A stretch of DNA of 64,000 nt from Squalus acanthias (Eukaryota): positions 113,338,001 to 113,402,000 of the forward strand of contig CM059432.1 in assembly GCA_030390025.1 (NCBI GenBank), in the 5' to 3' direction. Of this stretch, positions 23,520-35,882 are shown piece by piece. The notes beneath the pieces were generated by a model. It searched no databases. It worked only from the letters and a program-made list of their open reading frames with translations, and was not told where the DNA came from. Numbering within the stretch: the stretch's first letter is position 1; every line of letters begins with the position of its first letter. Position numbers and translations under genes: made by a program.

Positions 23520-26129
23520 TAACAACAGAAAATGCTGGAAACACTCAGCAGGTCAGGCAGCATCAAGGAGAGAGAAACAGAGTCAAAGTTTTGTGTCAAG
23601 GACCCGGAGGAGAGATTTTAAAGCAGGAGTAGGGAGGAGGGGAGGAAAGAACAAAGGGAAGGTCTGTGACAGGCTGGAAGGCAGGTTTAATGACAATGTT
23701 AGGGTTGGATCGGAGAGAACGGAGTGCTGCAAGTTCAGAGGGAGGTAGATTGGAGTGAGTGAGGGGAGCAGAGAAATTGAGATGGCCGATGTCACGCTGG
23801 CAGTTAGCAATGAAAAGAATCTAGAGAGGGTAAGAGGCCAGAGGGAGGGGTCCAGGTGGAACGAGAATTCTGAAAGCGGGAGAAAGGGGGGAAGACTCCT
23901 GGCCAAAGAAGTGGGCACGGAGATGAAGGCAACAGAAAAAGAGCTCAGCATCGTGCCAAGCTCGAAATTCATTGAGATGGGGGTGTAAGGCAATGAAGCT
24001 CAGGCCTTTGCTGAGGATTAATCGTTTGGTGTCAGAGAGGGGAAGGTCAGAGGGAATAGTGAAAACACGGCAGGGGGTGAGATTGGAAGAAGGGATGGGG
24101 TCAGAGGAAAGTGAAGGGGAAGAAGGTTCCGGAGGGGCGTTGGTGTCCAAGAGTTGTTGAAGCTTATGATCCTTGACTTCTGAAAGGAAGAAAAAAAGTT
24201 TTTGTTGATGCGTCGGATGAGTCGAAGGATGAAATGGAACTGCAGTCCAGGACAGCTTTGAGATAGAGTGAGTCGGTGCTGCTGAAGAGAGAGGTCGAGA
24301 GTGTTCATGTGGCGGCGCATGGCGTTGATCGTGGATCTCAGAATACGGCGAGAGCAGTAGTTCGAGGAGCGCTGGAGATATTTGTAATCCTGGGTGGATC
24401 CGAAACACGAAGGGTGGAATTTCAATTGGAATCCACGTGGAATAAGTCAGAACTGGAGACAGTTGCTGAGGAAAGAGATATGGCTGTGAAAACGAGTCTT
24501 GGCAGATTCCGGTTCAAACACGAGAAGGGAAACAGAAAGCAATGAAGATGAACAAGGTTGAAGAGATGAACGGAAATTGCATCGGAGAGAAGAGCAGAAT
24601 TTCTTCAAGGTGGGCATTCCTAGAAGAGAAGTGGCAGTGAACCAAATACTAGTACAAAAGCAAAATACTGCGGATGCTGGAAATCTGAAATAACAACAGA
24701 AAATGCTGGAAACACTCAGCAGATCAGGCAGCATCAAGGAGAGAGAAACAGAGTCAATGGGTTGGATTTTGTGAATGGAGACATGCTGGAGGCGGGACTG
24801 CTGCTTGTCGGGTCTCAGTCCCGCCTCCATCATGTTCTGGCCAACCAGAGGGATTTTCCCCTGATTGAACTTGTTAAGCCCGCCCTGCGGGCTCAGCAGG
24901 CCAATTAGGGGGAAGTCATTGACAGAGCACGTCAACGTCTGATGTGCCATCTGTCAAGACTTCTTGAAAGAAGAAGTGTCAGCGTTTGACAGCTCTGTGA
25001 AGCTGTCAAACACTGACATTCTGTGTAGTTTGATGAGTCCTTGTGTTCAGGACTCATCAAACCTTTCAACTTTGTAGAAAGCAGATGATTGTTGGTTCGG
25101 AGGATCCAACAGGCAGTCTGTGAAATCTACAACGAAGATGTCGGGACTCCGGAACCACTGCGGCTGAAGGCTGTAGGCAGAAACAAAGGTAAGTGAACAT
25201 TTTATAACATTTAACACTCACCTCACATACTTACCACTCCACACTTGCACCCATCACTCACCTCCACATCTCACTTTCAGGCCCCTCCGACCCCCGCAGA
25301 CTTCCTAATCGACTCCTCCAACCCGGCGGGGTTCTCCGAGGTCGGGAAGCCTTCACCTGAAAAGGTAAAATGGCACTAATCTTTTTTTCTGCCTGTTAAC
25401 TATCTGTTAACAGGCAGTTAAAAGGATTTAATCCCTTTCCCGCCTCGAGGAGACGGGACCCGAAGCAGCACATCTTCCCGCCTCCTGGCAAAAGGGCACG
25501 GAGGCAGGATGGGGGCGGGTTTGCCATCCGCCCCCACTTTCTGCAACTTTACTGGCAGTCCCGCCTCCATGCCTGCCTCCTCGGGGCTGACAAAATCAAG
25601 CCCAATGTTTCAGGTCGGGGACCCTTCGTCAGAACTGGAAAAGGCTAGAGAAGAGAGATTTTAAAGCAGGGGCAGGGAGGAGGGGAGGAAAGAACAAAGG
25701 GAAGGTCTGTGACAGGCTGGAAGGCAGGAGAGATTGACTGACAAAAGGGATGATGATGCAAGGCATAAAGAGAGGTAATGGGACAAGTTAAGAAACAAAA
25801 GATGACTCTTGATCAGGTGTGAATGGCGATGGCAGAATCATCTGCCATGTGAGAAAACAAGGGGGAAAAAAATTTAAAAATATAGGGACCGAGGTTATAG
25901 TCTGAAATTGTTGAACTCGATGTTAAGTCCAGAAGGCTGTAAAGTGCCTAGTTGAAAGATGAGGTGCTGTTCCTCGAGCTTACGTTGAGCTTCTTTGGAA
26001 CAGTGTAAGAGACCAAGGATGGAGAGGCCAGAGTGGGAGTGGAGCGGAGAATTAAAGTGACAGGCGACCGGAAACTCGGGGTCACGCTTGCGGACTGAAC
26101 GGAGGTGTTCCGCAAAGCGGTCACCCAAT
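23520..26129 (-). mobile_element. Penelope-like element, internally deleted, with direct pLTR repeats
   Basis: GIY-YIG C-terminus RLGDRFAEHLRSV...VACHFNS...LEEQHLIFQLGTLQPSGLNIEF (25895-26129), then pLTR, N-terminal ORF (RFHSHISFLSNCL, ILSKGLSF) and a second pLTR; 15-bp TSD CTAATGATCAGGAGA (23505-23519, 26130-26144). Confidence 0.9.
24759..25603. mobile_element. Harbinger-type MITE (family C)
   Basis: TIR GGGTTGGATTTTGT...ACAAAATCAAGCCC; AAT TSD (24756-24758, 25604-25606). Confidence 0.85.
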
Positions 26130-26494
26130 CTAATGATCAGGAGACATGAGTTCAAATCCCACCACGGCAGCTGGGGAATTTAAATTCAGTTAATTAAATA
26201 AATCTGGAATAAAAATCTAGTATCAGTAATGGTGACCATGAAACTGCTGGATTGTCGTAAAAACCCATCTGGTTCACTAATGTCCTTTAGGGAAGGAAAT
26301 TCTCCGTCCTTACCCGGCCTGGCCTATATGTGACCCAAGACCCACAGTTGACTCTTAACTGCCCTCTACGGTTCAAGAAGGCAGCTCACCACCTTCTCAA
26401 GGGCATTTAGGGATGGGCAATAAATGCTGGCCTAGCCAGTGATGCCCACATCCCGTGAATGAATTAAAAAAGAGATGCCTAGGATATTCACACA

Positions 26495-27012
26495 ACTTGC
26501 ATTTACAGTGTGTTTCATGTGGCAATGATCCTCAGGTGCTTTGCAGAAGATTTGATGGACACCGAACAGACTGTGGGAGAAAAGTTATGGGCAGTGACCA
26601 AAGGAACAGTAGAGCAGGTAAGTTTTGAGAAGGGGTGGCAAGGGAAGGGCTTGGGAAGAGAGTTCTAGATTACAGTGGTGTTGTGACTAAAGGCTCTGCC
26701 ACCAATAGAAGAGCAGAGGGAGGTAGACAAAAAGAGTAGACTAGAGTGGGAACACTAGAGAGTGTTGCTGGAACATAGGACTGAGGAAGATTTCAGAGGT
26801 AGAGTAGCCATGGAGGAAATTGAAAATGAGGATGAGAATTTTAAAGTTGGTATGCTGGCAGTGGGGAGCCAGTGGAGGTCATCATGGACAGGGGTGATGG
26901 GTGTACAAGGCTTAGTATGGAATAGGATAAGAATAGCAGGGTCCAGGATGGCTTGGAGCTTATGTAGTGTGGCACTCAAGAAGCCAGTGAGAAGAGCATT
27001 AGCGAAATCAAT
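26495..27012 (-). mobile_element. Old L2 LINE 3' fragment
   Basis: IDFANALLTG...LHKLQ...PITPVHDDLHWLP. Confidence 0.6.
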
Positions 27013-27714
27013 GCTCCACTGTGACCTTGGTGGGAAGGCGGGGGCCAGATGTGGGGGTTTGAAGTTAAGCTCAGGTCGAACTGGTGCATATTGGACATTC
27101 AAGACTTCAGTGACCAAACAGAAGAACTGTGAAGTAGAGATGTTATATCCGTTGATACCAGCTGCCAGCCAAAATATCCTGGGCTAGAAATTCGTGTGGT
27201 TTGTGCCACATGTTAGTGTCACAAGATGGCGCTAAAATGCCATTGACCGCTGTAACGACAGCTGATGCTGGTTCCAACGCCGCACGCCATATCGATGTTG
27301 CCGGTAGCGCTGCCGGTAACTTCAATCGCCAGGGACCTTGCCATCATGGAGATTGTGACGTCAGTGAGTACGCAACGCTCACTGGACGTCCGATATCCCA
27401 ACTTCGTTATAGTCACTTACCTTAATGGCAGCGCAGAATAACGACAGGGAGAGCTGGCATCTACCAGCAGGAAACAGGCTGCAGCAGCGATATTTAAAGG
27501 TACCATCCCCAATCAGCTGCAACTAACATGGTTGTGCAGGTTCAGTCCCTGTTTGCTACTTCCTGAAACTGAAACAGCTCTCTTCAGTTATTTCAAATTT
27601 TTTTGGTGACAAGGAGTGTTGATTCAAGTGCAGAAGCTACTCATTATTTGTTAAAGTCTTCTGCTCACAACACTTCCTCACAGTCATGGGGCTGCAGGAT
27701 TGAGGGATTACCTC

Positions 27715-29365
27715 AGGAGGACGTCGAGGCAGAGGAGGATCAGGAGGAGGAGGAGGATGAGGAAGAGGAGGAGGAGGAGGGCGAGGAGGGCGAGGAGGAG
27801 GAGGAGGAGGACGAGGAGGGGAGGAAGAGGAGGAGGAGGATGAGGACGAGGAGGATGAGGAAGAGGAGGAGGATGAGGAAGAGGAGGAGGAGGAAGAGGA
27901 GGAGGAGGAGGACGAGGGGGATGAGGAAGAGGAGGAGTAGGAAGAGGACGAGGAGGATGAGGACGAGGAGGATGAGGACGAGGAGGATGAGGACGAGGAT
28001 GAGGAGGGCGAGGAAGAGGAGGAGGAGGATGAGGAAGAGGAGGAGGCGGACAAGGAGGGCGAGGAGGAGGAGGAAGAGGACGAGGAGGGTGAGGAAGAGG
28101 ACGAGGAGGGTGAGGAAGAGGACGAGGAGGGTGAGGAAGAGGATGAGGAGGGTGAGGATGAGGAAGAGGAGGAGGCAGACGAGGAGGAGGAGGAAGAGGA
28201 CGAGGAGGGTGAGGAGGAGGAGGAAGAGGATGAGGAGGGTGAGGAAGAGGACGAGGAGGGTGAGGATGAGGAAGAGGAGGAGGCGGACGAGGAGGAGGAG
28301 GAAGAGGACGAGGAGGGTGAGGAAGAGGACGAGGAGGAGGCGGACGAGGAGGAGGAGGAAGAGGAGGCGAGGAGGAGGAGGAAGAGGACGAGGAGGGCGA
28401 GGAGGAGGGCGAGGAGGAGGAGGATGAGGACGAGGAGGGCGAGGAGGAGGAGGATGAGGACGAGGAGGGCGAGGAGGAGGAGGATGAGGAAGAGGAGGAG
28501 GTGGACGAGGAGGAGGAGGAAGAGGACGAGGAGGGTGAGGAAGAGGACGAGGAGGAGGCGGACGAGGAGGAGGAGGAAGTGGACGAGGAGGGCGAGGAGG
28601 AGGAGGAAGAGGACGAGGAGGGCGAGGAGGAAGAGGATGAGGAGGGCGAGGAGGAGGGCGAGGAGGAGGAGGATGAGGACGAGGAGGGCGAGGAGGAGGA
28701 GGAAGAGGACGAGGAGGGTGAGGAGGAGGGCGAGGAGGAGGAGGATGAGGACAAGGAGGGCGAGGAGGAGGAAGAGGAGGAGGAGGATGAGGACGAGGAG
28801 GGCGAGGAGGAGGAAGAGGAGGAGGAGGATGAGGACGAGGAGGGCGAGGAGGAGGAAGAGGAGGAGGAGGATGAGGAAGAGGAGGAGGCGGACGAGGAGG
28901 AGGAGGAAAAGGACGAGGAGGGTGAGGAAGAGGAGGAGGAGGATGAGGACGAGGAGGGCGAGGAGGAGGATGAGGACGAGGAGGGCGAGGAGGAGGGCGA
29001 GGAGGAGGAGGATGAGGAAGAGGAGGAGGCGGACGAGGAGGAGGAGGAGGAAGAGGACGAGGAGGGTGAGGAGGAGGAGGAAGAGGAGGAGGAGGATGAG
29101 GACGAGGAGGATGAGGAAGATGAGGACGAGGAGGACGAGGAGGATGAGGAGGAGGAGGAGGAGGATGAGGAGGAGGAGGATGAGGACGAGGAGGAGGAGG
29201 GCGAGGAGGAGGAGGATGAGGAAGAGGAGGAGGATCAGGAGGAAGAGGACGAGGAGGGCGAGGAGGAGGAGGATGAGGAAGAGGAGGAGGCGGACGAGGA
29301 GGAGGCGGGTGAGGAAGATGAAGGCGAGGAGGATGAGGACAAGGAGGTGGAACAGGAGGGAGGGC
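27715..29365 (+). repeat. Expanded (GAG)-based acidic-codon repeat in the transposase tail
   Basis: ~1.65 kb of GAG/GAA/GAC/GAT/GGC/GGT triplets, followed in frame by GRAVHDRLIRLRFT* (to 29436), which matches RAVREHLIRHRF* at 4279. Confidence 0.9.
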
Positions 29366-29797
29366 GGAGGCAGCAAGACAATTGGCCTTCGGGACGGGCT
29401 GTCCATGATCGGCTTATCAGACTCCGATTCACATGAATGAATACGCAGATCCCTATAGCTCACCACATCCCCATCATACAATCCCTGTCTCATGGCATAT
29501 CACAGCGTCCTCCTGGGCACAAAGGTGAAATGAGAGAGACCACAAAATATTCCAAACACACTTAATAAATGTATCTATAAACATATCATACATATGACAT
29601 GAATTCTAATAACTAATGACCCTTGTGCCTGCCATAGTTGAATAGCTGTCATTGCGTGCAAGGTGTGAGATGTGTGTGTGAGTGTTGCTAGGTAGAGATT
29701 GTTGGTGGGTGAGTGCTGGGGGTGTGGTGCATTGAGCAGTGTGTGAAGCTTGTGGTACAGATGGTGGTATGTAGCATTTGTTGAAGCCTTCACTCAC

Positions 29798-30040
29798 CCT
29801 GACCACCCATTTGAGGTCGTTAAACTTCTTCCTGCACTGTGTGTGGGTCCTGGGGACCACAGTGCTGTCCATGACATGGTGTGCAACCTCCCTCCACATA
29901 GTCTGACAGACTTGTGGCGAGCGCCTCCTGCCAGTTGGCGGGTACAGGACAGCCCGCCTTCTCGCCACCGCTAAAATCAATGCCTCCAGAGCTTCATCCG
30001 AAAACCTCCGGGCTCTCTCCCTGGGGCAGCGATCTGCCAT
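29798..30040 (-). pseudogene. Harbinger Myb/SANT exon 1
   Basis: MADRCPRERARRFSDEALEALILAVARRRAVLYP...WREVA...RTHTQCRKKFNDLKWVVR followed by a GTGAGT donor. Confidence 0.85.
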
Positions 30041-31686
30041 CAGGATTTGTAATAAGTGCTCCTTCTCCTTGTCCTTGTCCTTCTTCTTATGGTTGTTGAG
30101 GGAACTGCACACCCAACAATGCTGAGAATGAGGTGCTGCAGCATCAATGAACCTCTCCTTTAAGTAGTGAAAAAAGCCTGTGGCAATCATTACTTGAGTT
30201 TAGACTGCCCCCTGATATTGGTTCATCTTTTCAGTGTAACGCCAATGAGCTTGGGTTTTTAGACTAGAATCATGACTGCAATCATTTTAATGAGGAGTGA
30301 GAATTAATTTTGCATGCATTCTAGATGATTTTCAGGTGGCGCTACTGAACCATTTTTAGTCTAAACACTGCCCATTTCTTGGCTATAATGAATTTCTAGC
30401 CCCCTGTCTTTATGTTGACTCAGACCAAGCAGATCATATTTGCTGCTGCAAACTGCCATATCTAACCTTTGCAGCTAAACATTGGCATTAGCGCACAGCT
30501 CTGGTTTAAAGTATGCTGCAGAAATGCTTTGATAGATGGGGAAAGTTAACTAGCAAAATGAAAGGGGAGCCGATGGCCATACGAAGCCCCAATATAAAAA
30601 AAAACCTGTCATCAGCTTGCCAGCGGTTCCAAGTCCAAAATTACCTCCAAACTGCAAGATTCTCAGACAAGCTCCAAGGAGAGGGGGAAGACAGTTAGCA
30701 TCTGATTCCCAATCACATTATCTGTCCTTCTAAGAAGGAAGAGAAGGACTTGCCTCCTCCACCCAGGAATATTTCCAGCCCTATTGCAACTGGAAACAGC
30801 ATTACGGAGAAAGGATTTTGTATGTTTTTTCTATCTATAAGCAATGCCCCTTACATCAGGAGTCGTGATATTTATCAGAGAAAGTTACAGCGAGACAATT
30901 GCACACATGAACTAATTTAAAATTTCATTCTCCAACTTCTTTCTTGCTGAGATTTTTTCCATTTACCATAATTGTTGGTTTTGATAATACACTGCTATTG
31001 CAGTTACATTTTAGAGCATTGGAAAGGTATTACAATCTTTATTTTAAAAAGTCTGTTCATCATTTGTTGTACACAGTATACCAGCATTTCAGAGATGACG
31101 CTGAAGTTATCAACTTAATTTTCTTCTATTCTGAGAATCCATCCTTGCATTCTGTTTTTAGAGACAGCCGATGGCAGGCTTTTTGAGTCCCAAAAAAGTG
31201 CTTTGAATGCCTGAAATTATGTCGCATTTCATCACACAATTATTATAATTCTATTATTCACTATATCTACAAAATCCACTCTACAGGCAGGAGCTCATTG
31301 AGATTAATGCCAGTAAGATCAAACCCCACTTCAGCTTTGACTTTTAAAATCACGGTGTAGAAAATCATTGCTATTCAGTGCACTATGAAATCTCACTGAC
31401 CAGATCAATTCTTACTTCAGATCAATGGGCCCCATATTAAGACAGTCAATAATGTTTCCCATCAATTGACACAAAGCAGATAAAGTAATCATGCCAATAA
31501 GCATTTCTAGTGGTTTTGCTGTCACTTCACCTTTTCTGATATCAGTATAAAATAGTAACATTTACCAGTAGTAAACTCACAACACCAATTTAGCTGGTCA
31601 GGCATTTTCTGATACTTAAGCCCTTTATGCCACCATAAGTCATATTCAAACCAACAGTTTTAGCAGCGACAGACTTAGGTTAAAAT

Positions 31687-32461
31687 AAATACAACACCTG
31701 CCCTTTTACCTCCTCCCTTCCCACTTCCAGGTGAAACAGCAATTTACTTGTACTTCTTGCAATTTAGTATACTGTATTTGCTACTCACGATGCGGTCTCC
31801 TCTACATTGGGGAGACCAAACACAGATTGGGTGACCGCTTTGCGTAACACCTTCGTTCAGTCCGTAAGCGTGACCACGAGCTTCCGGTCGCCTGTCACTT
31901 TAATTCTCCACTCCATTCCCACTCTGACCTCTCCGTCCTCGGCCTCTTATACTGTTCCAACGAAGATCAACGTAAGCTCGAGGAACTGCACCTCATCTTT
32001 CGATTAGGTACTTTACAGCCTTCTGAACTCAACATCGAGTTCAACAATTTCAGACTATAACCTCAGCCCCATGTTTTTTTTTCTCACTCACTTGGCAGCT
32101 GTTGATGATTCTGCCATTGCCATTTACACCTCATCTAGAGTCATCTTTTGTTTCTTAACTTGTCCCATTACCATCTCCTTTTGCCTTGCACCATCATCCC
32201 TTTTGTCTTTTAATCTCTCCTGCCTTCCATCCTATCACAGACCTTCCCTTTGTTCGTTCCTCCCCTCCTCCTTTCCCTGCCCCTATACTTGCTTAAAAAT
32301 CTGTTACTTCTCCAACCTTTTCCAGTTATGACGAAGAGTCATCGACCTGAAACGTTAACTCCATTTCTCTCTCCTCGATGCTGCCTGACCCGCTGAGTGT
32401 TTCCAGCATTTTCTGTTGTTGTTTCAGATTGCCAGCATCTGCAGTATTTTGCTGTTGTATG
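31687..32461 (+). mobile_element. Penelope-like element 3' part (GIY-YIG and pLTR with mutated hammerhead)
   Basis: FTCTSCNLVYCI..SRCGLLYIGETKHRLGDRF; hammerhead-like motif 32324-32360 with core C->A; 10-bp TSD AGGTTAAAAT (31677-31686, 32462-32471). Confidence 0.9.
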
Positions 32462-33574
32462 AGGTTAAAATGTATTTAATTTATTCTAAGACAGAATTAA
32501 CAATATAACATGAAAGTTTGAAGAGTGCTGTTTTTGCAACATGTATAACAAATCTGTTAACAATACATCATTTCAGTGCATTACTCTGAATAGATAACTG
32601 TAACAATATTGTGCAGAAAATAATTGATGTATTTGATTTAGCGCAAGCTAAGCCATTTGTACATGATTGTATTATATAATGATTATATAATTTCCTGGCA
32701 GATTTCCCATGGGAATGCTCATCATGAGTTGGACAATAAACTATTTTGTAATGACCTCTGAAAAGGTAGGGGATCTATTCTTCATTTTGTTAAATAAGAC
32801 ATGTGGGGAATACTTTGGACATTTAATGTGTTTCCCCTTAAATAACAAAAGATAAAGGAAAAAAAGTACATTTTTCTGAACAGGTTCTCCCATTGATTTG
32901 TGCCATTGCTCAGGGTTGCCTGGAGTCTGGAGTACGATTGTGATGTGTACTGTGCTACAGGAAGATGAGCAGAATAGGGGTGTAGAGTGCAGCACAATGT
33001 GGGTATAGAGTACGTCAGGAGCCCATGGAATGGAGCACAGTGAAGGGGGAACAGTTGATGAGTAGAAGGCTGGGGAGTTCAGAACAGCAGGGTGGCTGGA
33101 GGGTGCAAACCAGAATAGGGAACAGGGGAAAAGCAGGAGTGGATGACAGGAGGAGGCCAGGGAGTGAAGTACACTACAGGACCTTGAGAAAAGTTGAGAC
33201 TTACCTGTTCGGTAGCACCAGAATTTGCTGAACTGTGTTCTGAGCTGTTCTGAGAATTTTTTTTCGTCTGAATCTTATTTCCAATTAGAAGGCCATATCT
33301 GGGGAAAAGAAATACAGTTAGGAAATTGGGAATTGTCTTTAAAGCACCGATTTTTCTTATGACTGACAGCAAGACTCATCATTCCTGGAGAATGCCAAGA
33401 CTCCCTGTTTGTAAGCCCCACATCCTGTTTAATATTAAATTCAGCAGCAAGTAACAGGCTTAAGCTGCATTCCACTAATGTCACATGGACAGAGTGATCC
33501 TGGTGCATTTTGTGAGTCAGCTATTTGGTTAAGCCTCTTCATTCCAGCATGGCCCAGGTACTATAGGAATGCAT

Positions 33575-33713
33575 CATAAGAACATAAGAAATAGAAGCAG
33601 GAGTAGGCCATTCGGCCCCTCGAGCCTGCTCCGCCATTCAATAAGATCATGGCTGATCTTCTACCTCATCTCCACTTTCCTGCACTATCCCCATACCCCT
33701 TAATTCCCTTAAT
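33575..33713 (-). mobile_element. CR1 3' tail fragment
   Basis: (ATAAGAAC)n followed by the reverse of the CR1 3' UTR. Confidence 0.8.
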
Positions 33714-34119
33714 CAGAACTGAAGCTCCAGACCCCAAAAAGAGGGTCCATTCTATGTAAGGAAAACTTCTTGGAAGCATTTCTACAACGGCTGATTTTAT
33801 GGACAAGGCCGTCTTTTAGAATTATTTCATGGTATTTTAGGTAACATGTTTAAATACTATTTTATCTGCATATTGTGTGTTTTGAGGAAGCAAGATGGCT
33901 CCTCAAAGCACTTTAAAACAATTCAAGTATTTCATTGGTTGGTTCTGAGGGGATTGCTGATTTATAATTGGTAGATTTTCCTACCTATCCAATTACAGTA
34001 GGGTATTTGAGCAACTAGCCATGGTGAATTGCACAGATAGGGGTTATTTAATCCTATCATTAAAGTGCGATGGAAGACTTATGTTGCTACGGACCCACTT
34101 AAGGTGTTGATATGCATTA

Positions 34120-34616
34120 AGAAAGAAAGAACTTGTATTTATATAGAGCCTTTCATTAACTCATATTCAAGACAGAGATCAATAGATTTTTGAATATTAA
34201 GGGAATTAAGGGGTATGGGGATAGTGCAGGAAAGTGGAGATGAGGTAGAAGATCAGCCATGATCTTATTGAATGGCGGAGCAGGCTTGAGGGGCCGTATG
34301 GCTTACTCCTGCTCCTATTTCTTATGTTCTTAATTCAAGATGTCCCAAAGGGCTTCACAGCCAATGAAGCACTTTGGAAGTGTAGTTACTAATGTAGTAT
34401 AGGAAAGACAACATCCAAGTTGCACACAGCTAGGTCTCACAAGCAGCAATGTTTTTGGTGCTGCTGTTTGAGGGATAACTATTGGCCGGCACACTGGGAG
34501 AATTTCACAGCTTTTTTTTGAATAGTGCAATGGGATCTTTTACGTCCACCTGAGAGAACGGTTTAATGTCTCGTCCAAAAGACAGCACCTCCGAAAGTGC
34601 AGGACTCCCTCAGTAC
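34120..34616 (-). mobile_element. SINE/L2-tail element containing a + strand CR1 tail (34143-34332)
   Basis: aagaaagaaagaacttgtatttatatag tail motif recurring in the window; CR1 3' UTR inside. Confidence 0.55.
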
Positions 34617-34785
34617 AAAGGACCTTTAATGTTATAGAAAGATAAAGGAGGGGAAAAGTTGCATTTATGTAGGGCCTTACTGTGTCTTGGAAATGTCTCA
34701 AAGCACTTTACATCGAATAACTTACTATGAATAGCAGCAACTGTTATTATGTAGGTAAATGAGACAGCCATTTTGTAGACAGAAA

Positions 34786-35656
34786 GGGGGGAAAATTCAG
34801 TTGGTTTGCGCCTCCCGTTAGCACCTTAAGAGGGCGCTAATGGGGCACAAAGCAACTTGTGCCCGTGCGCGGCGATGTTTGCGCCGCTCATGAAATTGAC
34901 TCGACATTTTGCGGCGGCGCTAAACACTACCGCCACGATCTCCTGCGCCCGCAGATCGTGACGTCAGTCGAGCGTGCAATGCCCCGGTAGCGCCCCGGAT
35001 CAGATATTGAGTGGCGCCCCCTGTCTTACCGCCTGCCACTAGCAATGACAGGTTAAGGGGAGCGTTTTGCAGTCAGGAAGGGACTGGGGGAGCGCTATTT
35101 AAAGGCGGCCGCTTCCTGCCTTTTTTTGTTCGCGAAATTTTTTCACCACGCATTCTGAGTGAGAGAGAGAGACTGCAGGAGATATTCAAAGCTGTGTTGA
35201 GGAGTTTTGGGTACTGAGCAGCACTTTGCAGGTTCTTTTTTATTTGATCTTCCTTGCATTGATTTAGAAGAGACTTTGGGGGCTGCACTCTGAGCTCTTT
35301 CCCTGGGTCTCTCCATTGTTTTTTCCAACAGATTTGATGTACAGGTCTCTCCAGGCCTAGATTCAAGGCTGCAATGAGCAGGGTGTGGATGGAGAGCAAG
35401 ATCGACCCTCCCCTTTAAGAACTGGCCGGCGCCAGTGTGTCTGTGTTCCATTGCTGACTGACATCACCTGAGCTTCGCCAACGCTCTGAGTTAGCGCCTC
35501 GCTCCTCGGCCTTTGCACCTGAATTAGCGCTCTAATCACCTCCAGGGGCGATAAAAGCCAAGTTTGCAGTCAGAGGTGATAATTAGCGCCAGGTGCTAAA
35601 CTTTGCGCCCGACCGATAATCGCGCCCCAAACGGGGCGATACTGAATTTCTCCCCC
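34786..35656 (-). mobile_element. Harbinger-type MITE, family A copy 2
   Basis: Reverse complement of copy 3; TIRs GGGGGGAAAATTCAGT / ACTGAATTTCTCCCCC; AAA TSD. Confidence 0.9.
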
Positions 35657-35882
35657 AAAGATCCTACAAACAGCAGTGAGCTGAAGGACCAGATGGTCTG
35701 TTTTAATGGTGTCAGTAGAGGGAGGAATGTTGTCCAGAACAACTCCAAGGTAGAGCTATTGGATTTTTAATATCCATCTGAACCCTTGGAACTGTAGAAT
35801 GTAGTTTTAGCCATCTGAAAAATGGCACCTTTGATAATGCAGCACTCCCGCAGTACCACACTGGAATGATAGCCTAGATTAT

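Larger units (their letters stand above)
23451..26471 (+). mobile_element. tRNA-derived SINE split by a Penelope insertion
   Basis: A-box-like tagcacagtgg at ~23460; continues at 26130 with B-box-like gagttcaaatcc; 3' end matches the LINE tail at 2660-2773. Confidence 0.7.
27181..30402. mobile_element. Internally deleted Harbinger transposon (family D)
   Basis: Perfect 13-bp TIR GGGCTAGAAATTC; CCT TSD (27178-27180, 30403-30405); contains a transposase tail (+) and Myb exon 1 (-). Confidence 0.9.

Noticed and set aside
23581..23606. Additional hammerhead in the second pLTR
   Set aside because: CUGANGA core is deleted and GAAA is mutated.
27603..29493. Protamine-like, poly-Leu, poly-Ser and poly-Pro ORFs
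   Set aside because: Alternative frames of the (GAG)n expansion; only the acidic frame joins recognisable transposase sequence.
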